Origin: Azolla caroliniana
Taxonomy: Eukaryota > Plantae > Polypodiophyta
DNA length: 64,000 bases
Direction: 5' to 3'
Assembly: GCA_043228905.1 (NCBI GenBank)
Contig: JBHGNT010000010.1
Span: forward strand, 9,362,001-9,426,000
Under the pieces are notes generated by a model. The model saw only the letters and a program-made list of their open reading frames with translations. It did no database searches and was not told where the DNA came from. Below are positions 59,297 through 64,000 of this stretch, piece by piece; the first letter of the stretch is position 1; each line of letters starts with the position of its first letter. A program made the translations under genes and the position numbers.

Positions 59297-62200
59297 CTAA
59301 CCGGACTGGTTTGTCGTTACGCCCATCTGATGCCGAAGAGACCGAAAACGGTCTGCCGAGAGACATTTGGTCATTCCATCTGCGACATTATCGGTTGTGG
59401 ATATTTTCTCTAGACCGATTTTCCCTGAAATGACGCAGTCCCGAACGAAGTGATATCGAACGTCGATATGTTTGGAGGCGTTGTGGTGAACCGGATTTTT
59501 CGACAAGGCAACAGCACCTTGACTGTCGCTGTAGACAACTGGAGCCGAGTCATGTTCGACTTGTCGAAACGTGTGCGCCAGCCGACCGAGCCACAAAGCT
59601 TCTTTTGCTGCGTCGGACGCAGCTACATATTCTGCTTCGGTCGTTGAGGTCGCTGTGCACTCCTGAAGTTTCGACTTCCACGAGATTGCTCCATTGCCGA
59701 ATTTGAAGCAGTATCCGGTTGTTGATTTCCGACTGTCTATACAGCCGGCGAAGTCCGAGTCGGTGTAACCGACTACGCCTGAGGTTCGGTTCGGTCCGAA
59801 AAGAATGCCATGGTCTTTTGTGCCAGCCAGATATCTGAACACATGCTTGACTGCGTTCCAATGCGATCGGCCAGGATTGTGCATAAATCTGCTAACGACT
59901 CCTACGGCATGAGAGATGTCAGGCCGTGTCGCGACCATCAGGTACATAAGGGAGCCGACTGCCGGTGCATACGGTACCGACTTCATATCTTCCCCCTCCG
60001 AACCGGATGTCGGGCAGTCTCGCTGAGAGAGCCGAAGATTCATAGGGAGTGGGGTTGAAGCAGATTTGGCTGATTGCATGTTGAAGCGTTCCAAGACACG
60101 TCCGATATAGTCGGTCTGAGACAAAAAAAGATGTCGTTTATCGCGATGCCGACTAATCTTCATGCCAAGGATGTGTCGTGCCGGACCGAGGTCCTTCATG
60201 GCAAACTTCAACCGCAGTTGCCGAACGAGATCGGCAAGTTCGCCCGCGTGGCGTCCAGAAATTAGCATGTCGTCCACGTAAATGATGAGGAAGATGGGTG
60301 ATCCATCTCGAGCTGTGTTGGTGAAGAGACAATGGTCCTCATCGCTTTTGGAGAAGCCGATTGATTGGATGAAGTCGTCGAACTTCTTGTACCATTGTCG
60401 CGGTGCCTGTTTGAGGCCGTATAGACTCTTCCTGAGTCGGCAGACTAGATGTTCTTGGCCAGTTGCCACGAAGCCTTTTGGCTGCTCCATATAAATTTCC
60501 TCCTCGAGATCACCATGGAGGAAGGCTGTTTTGACATCTAGCTGAATCAGCTCCAAGTTGTCGGCTGCCACGACGCCGAGCAGAAGACGAAGGGTTGTCA
60601 TTTTCACCACTGGTGAAAAAATCTCGTCGAAGTCGACGCCATATTCTTGTCGGAAGCCCTTCGCAACTAATCTGGCCTTGTACTTTGGGGTGGTCGAATC
60701 AGACGTCTCTTTTAGTCGATAAACCCACTTGCAAGGAAGAGCACGTCGGTTCCTAGGTAATTCGACCAGATCCCAAGTCTTGTTTGCCCGGATGGAGTGC
60801 ATTTCCGACTCCATCGCCAGATGCCAGGTGGCCGAATCGACAGATGTCGATGCTTCTTCGTAAGACGTCGGTTCGCCGGCGTCGGTGAAGAAAATTCCAG
60901 GAGAATACCTCTCCGGAGGTTGCGACAGTCTCTCGGATCGTCGAGGTATGATTGGACTGGTCGCATCGGGTATCGAGGTCGGATGGTCCGAAACCGAATC
61001 ATTCGGCTGTGCCGAGTCAGAGTTGTCCGAGTCGGTAGTATAAGGTTCAGCTACCCGTGAAGCTGACCGTGTGTTGAGAGCGGGGCCTTCTTGAAGGGTC
61101 GGCACATCGGAGAATGTTACCCTTCGGACTTCGATCGGTTTTTCGACTGATGGATTCATAGCCGACTCGTTGAACACAACGTCCGAACTTCGAACGATTT
61201 GTCTGCGTTCGGGGTCCCAGAGTCGGTATCCCATTTCGCCGTCTGATCCATATCCAAGGAAAATGCATTTCCTGGACCGAGGTGCAAGTTGTCGGCGATC
61301 ATCTTTCGGAATGAGGGCGTACGCCTCGCATCCGAAGATCCTCAGCTTGTCGTAATTCGGCTTACTGCCGATCCATAGTTCCTGAGGAATTTGAAGTCCT
61401 AGAGGTCTACTTGGCGACATATTGATTATGTGTACTGCCGTGAGTAGAGCCTCTGCCCAGAAGCCATCCGATAGTCCGGAGTGTTGGAGCATGGAAACTA
61501 TCCTTTCTTGGATTGTCCGATTCATTCGTTCGGCAATCCCGTTTTGCTCCGGACTGTGTGGTGCCGTAAATTCACGTCGGATGCCGCGTTGTCGGCAGAA
61601 TTTGACGAATTCATCGGATTTGAACTCTCCCCCATTGTCTGTCCGAAGGCATTTCAGCTTTCGGTCGGTTTGATTTTCTACCATAGCGAGCCAATCGGTG
61701 AAGATCGAGAAGACACGATCTTTGGTGCGAATTGGATAAGCCCACACCTTTCGAGTCGAATCGTCAATAAAACTGACGAAGTAAGAGGCACCGCCTAGAG
61801 ACTGATGCGGCATTGGGCCACAGACGTCCGAATGGACTAAATCGAGAGGTCTCGTTTCTCTTGGTGCTGATGTCGGGTGTGATGCGGCTACTTGTTTGCC
61901 ATACTGGCAATGCTCGCAGAATTGATGGTCCGAGAAGGAGAGTTTGGGGATGTATCCGGCGCTAGATAGGTGCGTGATGCCGGCCTTGCTGAGGTGTCCT
62001 AATCTTCGGTGCCATAATGATGACACAGGAATATCCACCAAAAACAGGTTACCCTCTCTGAGCGTAACATGTAACGGATACAGTGAGTGTATCTTGGGTC
62101 CTCTAGCAAGCAGGAGGTTCCCCCTGTGGAGTGTCCACCCTCCCGAAGAAAAACCGGCACGAATGCCGTCTTCATCTAGTTGTCCGACTGAGATCAATGG

Positions 62201-63313
62201 CCTTGTGAGCTCGGGTACATGTCGGACATTGTGGAGTACAAGTGTAGAGCCCCCTGCAAGGTTGAGCTCTACTGTGCCGATTCCGACGATGTCACAGTGT
62301 TGTGAGTTGCCGACTCGAACTGAGTCGGAGTGACGGATCGTATATTGCCGAAATTGGGATCGATGAGGAGTCACGTGAAATGACGCGCCCGAATCCAAGA
62401 GCCATGTGCTCGATTCTTCAGTCGTGAGTAGAACTTCTGATCCGACTGGATTTTCTATTGATAGTATATTCGGGTCGTCCGGTAGTACATCAGCTGAGAA
62501 GCTGACGTAATTGATCTCCTCATGCCGGCCACTCTTCTTGTTGTTCTTGTTCTTGAGTGCGCGGCAGTCGGCTTTGATGTGTCCGGGTTTCTTGCAATAG
62601 TTGCAGATTCGGTTATCCCGTGACTGGCTCCGTCTTCGCTGATTGTTCGGCGGCCGTGAGGAATCTCGTCCTCGTATGTTCGATCGGTCTGTCGAACCTT
62701 GTACTACGTAGGCGTCGTCTGTTGAGTCTTTGGCGAAAGACTTTCTCCGAGCTGCTTCGGTCAGGATTGCGCTCGTGACTTCGGAGTATTTAACAGCCGT
62801 GGTTGACGCGTTGCACACGGTTGTGACGAAAGTTTCCCATGATGGGGGAAGGCTGCTCATGAGTATCATTGCTCTGAGTTCATCCTCGATTGTCGTCCCC
62901 TGTGACGAGATTTGGGAGCTTATGCTTTCGTACTCATTGAGGTGTGCTTGGACCGAGTCGGATTCTTTCATCCGCAAGTTGTAGAGGCGCCGGATCAGAA
63001 ACATCTTCGTTGCGGCGACCTTCTTTTCGTAAGTGTCCGACAGTGTTTTCCACAGTTCGAATGCTGTCGTACACGATTGCACCGTGAAGTATACCGATTC
63101 CGATAGGTGCATCCGAATCGTGGCGCGGACGATTCTGTCCAGCTTCTGCCACTCAATTGGTTTGTATCCTTCTGGAGGTTCTTCATTTTCGATGGGATCG
63201 ATTTGCCCCTTGACTATGAGATAGTCCTGCATTTGCTCCTTCCAGAAGTTAAAGTTCGATCCATCGAACTTTCGTAGACTCATTTCTGACGAGCCGGATG
63301 TTGATGCCATCAA
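59297..63313 (-). CDS. M Gag-Pol polyprotein (1338 aa, uninterrupted)
   Basis: CNYCKKPGHIKADC, WLLDSGAS, LVHSDVCGP, IYVDDML, GYTDSDFAG. Confidence 0.96.
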   Translation of the reverse strand: MMASTSGSSEMSLRKFDGSNFNFWKEQMQDYLIVKGQIDPIENEEPPEGYKPIEWQKLDRIVRATIRMHLSESVYFTVQSCTTAFELWKTLSDTYEKKVAATKMFLIRRLYNLRMKESDSVQAHLNEYESISSQISSQGTTIEDELRAMILMSSLPPSWETFVTTVCNASTTAVKYSEVTSAILTEAARRKSFAKDSTDDAYVVQGSTDRSNIRGRDSSRPPNNQRRRSQSRDNRICNYCKKPGHIKADCRALKNKNNKKSGRHEEINYVSFSADVLPDDPNILSIENPVGSEVLLTTEESSTWLLDSGASFHVTPHRSQFRQYTIRHSDSVRVGNSQHCDIVGIGTVELNLAGGSTLVLHNVRHVPELTRPLISVGQLDEDGIRAGFSSGGWTLHRGNLLLARGPKIHSLYPLHVTLREGNLFLVDIPVSSLWHRRLGHLSKAGITHLSSAGYIPKLSFSDHQFCEHCQYGKQVAASHPTSAPRETRPLDLVHSDVCGPMPHQSLGGASYFVSFIDDSTRKVWAYPIRTKDRVFSIFTDWLAMVENQTDRKLKCLRTDNGGEFKSDEFVKFCRQRGIRREFTAPHSPEQNGIAERMNRTIQERIVSMLQHSGLSDGFWAEALLTAVHIINMSPSRPLGLQIPQELWIGSKPNYDKLRIFGCEAYALIPKDDRRQLAPRSRKCIFLGYGSDGEMGYRLWDPERRQIVRSSDVVFNESAMNPSVEKPIEVRRVTFSDVPTLQEGPALNTRSASRVAEPYTTDSDNSDSAQPNDSVSDHPTSIPDATSPIIPRRSERLSQPPERYSPGIFFTDAGEPTSYEEASTSVDSATWHLAMESEMHSIRANKTWDLVELPRNRRALPCKWVYRLKETSDSTTPKYKARLVAKGFRQEYGVDFDEIFSPVVKMTTLRLLLGVVAADNLELIQLDVKTAFLHGDLEEEIYMEQPKGFVATGQEHLVCRLRKSLYGLKQAPRQWYKKFDDFIQSIGFSKSDEDHCLFTNTARDGSPIFLIIYVDDMLISGRHAGELADLVRQLRLKFAMKDLGPARHILGMKISRHRDKRHLFLSQTDYIGRVLERFNMQSAKSASTPLPMNLRLSQRDCPTSGSEGEDMKSVPYAPAVGSLMYLMVATRPDISHAVGVVSRFMHNPGRSHWNAVKHVFRYLAGTKDHGILFGPNRTSGVVGYTDSDFAGCIDSRKSTTGYCFKFGNGAISWKSKLQECTATSTTEAEYVAASDAAKEALWLGRLAHTFRQVEHDSAPVVYSDSQGAVALSKNPVHHNASKHIDVRYHFVRDCVISGKIGLEKISTTDNVADGMTKCLSADRFRSLRHQMGVTTNQSG

Positions 63314-63901
63314 ATTTGGTTTCGGTTGACGAAGCTCGGTTCGGAGTTGACTACGAATCTTGTTGGAGTGCAGCCTGTTGGCTCACCCGATATCGTTCTA
63401 GTCGGATTTGAACCCGAGTCGGTTCGGCTTCGGATATATGTATTGTTGAACTTGCTCGAATTGACTACGGTAACCTGAGGGACAGAACCGACTGGTCTTC
63501 CCGAATGTCGCCGAGTCGGAGTGAGCCCGGTTCGCTTCGGATATATATGCCGAATACCGATTATTGAAACCGATTATCTGGACCGATTCGGCTTCGGGTG
63601 ACTGCAGCGACGAGAGAGACGGATCCGACTGATCCTCCCGAATGTCGATCAGCCAGATGAAGCACGAATTTGGGTTGTTGTCAAAGTTGCACAAGGGGAT
63701 TTCACCTCGAGCGGTTACGATCACAAGGGACAGAGTACAACCTGCTGGCTTACTCCAAGCAAGGGGATCTAACGCGATGAGGTGCAAACCTCGTTTTTGT
63801 TCTTCTTCTCTCTTTCTTCGAATGACGCAGGAAACCGAATGCAGAGACGACGGCCGACAGCGGATTGAAGGACCGACTACTGTGCAGGCTCTGATACCAG
63901 A

Positions 63902-64000
63902 TGTTGGAAGCAATGTCGTCAGTGCGGAAGATCTTGAAGCACTCGATTCCTGTTTATTCCCTGTGTATGACAGAATGTAGGTCGTTGCACACAGAGAGAG
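63902..64000 (-). repeat. M 5' LTR (partial)
   Basis: Repeat of 58813 onward, adjacent to the tRNA-iMet PBS. Confidence 0.93.

Larger units (their letters stand above)
58813..64000 (-). mobile_element. Element M: intact Tnt1/Tork-like Ty1/Copia; 5' LTR runs off the window
   Basis: 3' LTR 58813-59103, PPT 59104-59111, PBS 63888-63899, 5' LTR from 63902. Confidence 0.96.

Noticed and set aside
63398-63913. 171-aa upstream ORF in the M leader
   Set aside because: It starts in the LTR/PBS at a non-ATG codon and has no motifs; insufficient support

Overview
Gene-free plant heterochromatin made entirely of nested retrotransposons. The lineage mix suggests a non-seed plant such as a fern (inference). 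I resolved 13 LTR elements or remnants plus one L1-type LINE, most of them with LTR boundaries, PBS/PPT and target-site duplications (TSDs) read directly from the sequence. Nesting: Copia N1 carries chromovirus A (which carries chromovirus B) and Copia N2. N2 carries Athila-like Gypsy C. C carries the tRNA-Trp-primed Gypsy D and Copia K, and K carries mini-element J and Copia L. The LINE carries Copia M and is bordered by Copia H, which carries two Gag-protease-only elements, F and G. Long uninterrupted ORFs remain only in B (1418 aa), G (681 aa) and M (1338 aa). Most notable observations: (1) tRNA-like Pol III A-box/B-box modules built into the LTRs of two unrelated lineages (A; F/G); (2) a helper/satellite set (D versus F/G) sharing a tRNA-Trp PBS, LTR termini and 4-bp CG-centred TSDs, with the satellites ending at D's predicted -1 frameshift site; (3) slippery site plus stem or pseudoknot signals in D and A; (4) a Tf1-type self-priming PBS in A, next to a repeated LTR end that encloses captured Copia sequence. 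No host genes, genuine tRNA/rRNA genes or CRISPR arrays were seen. All comparisons were made by eye and no database searches were run.
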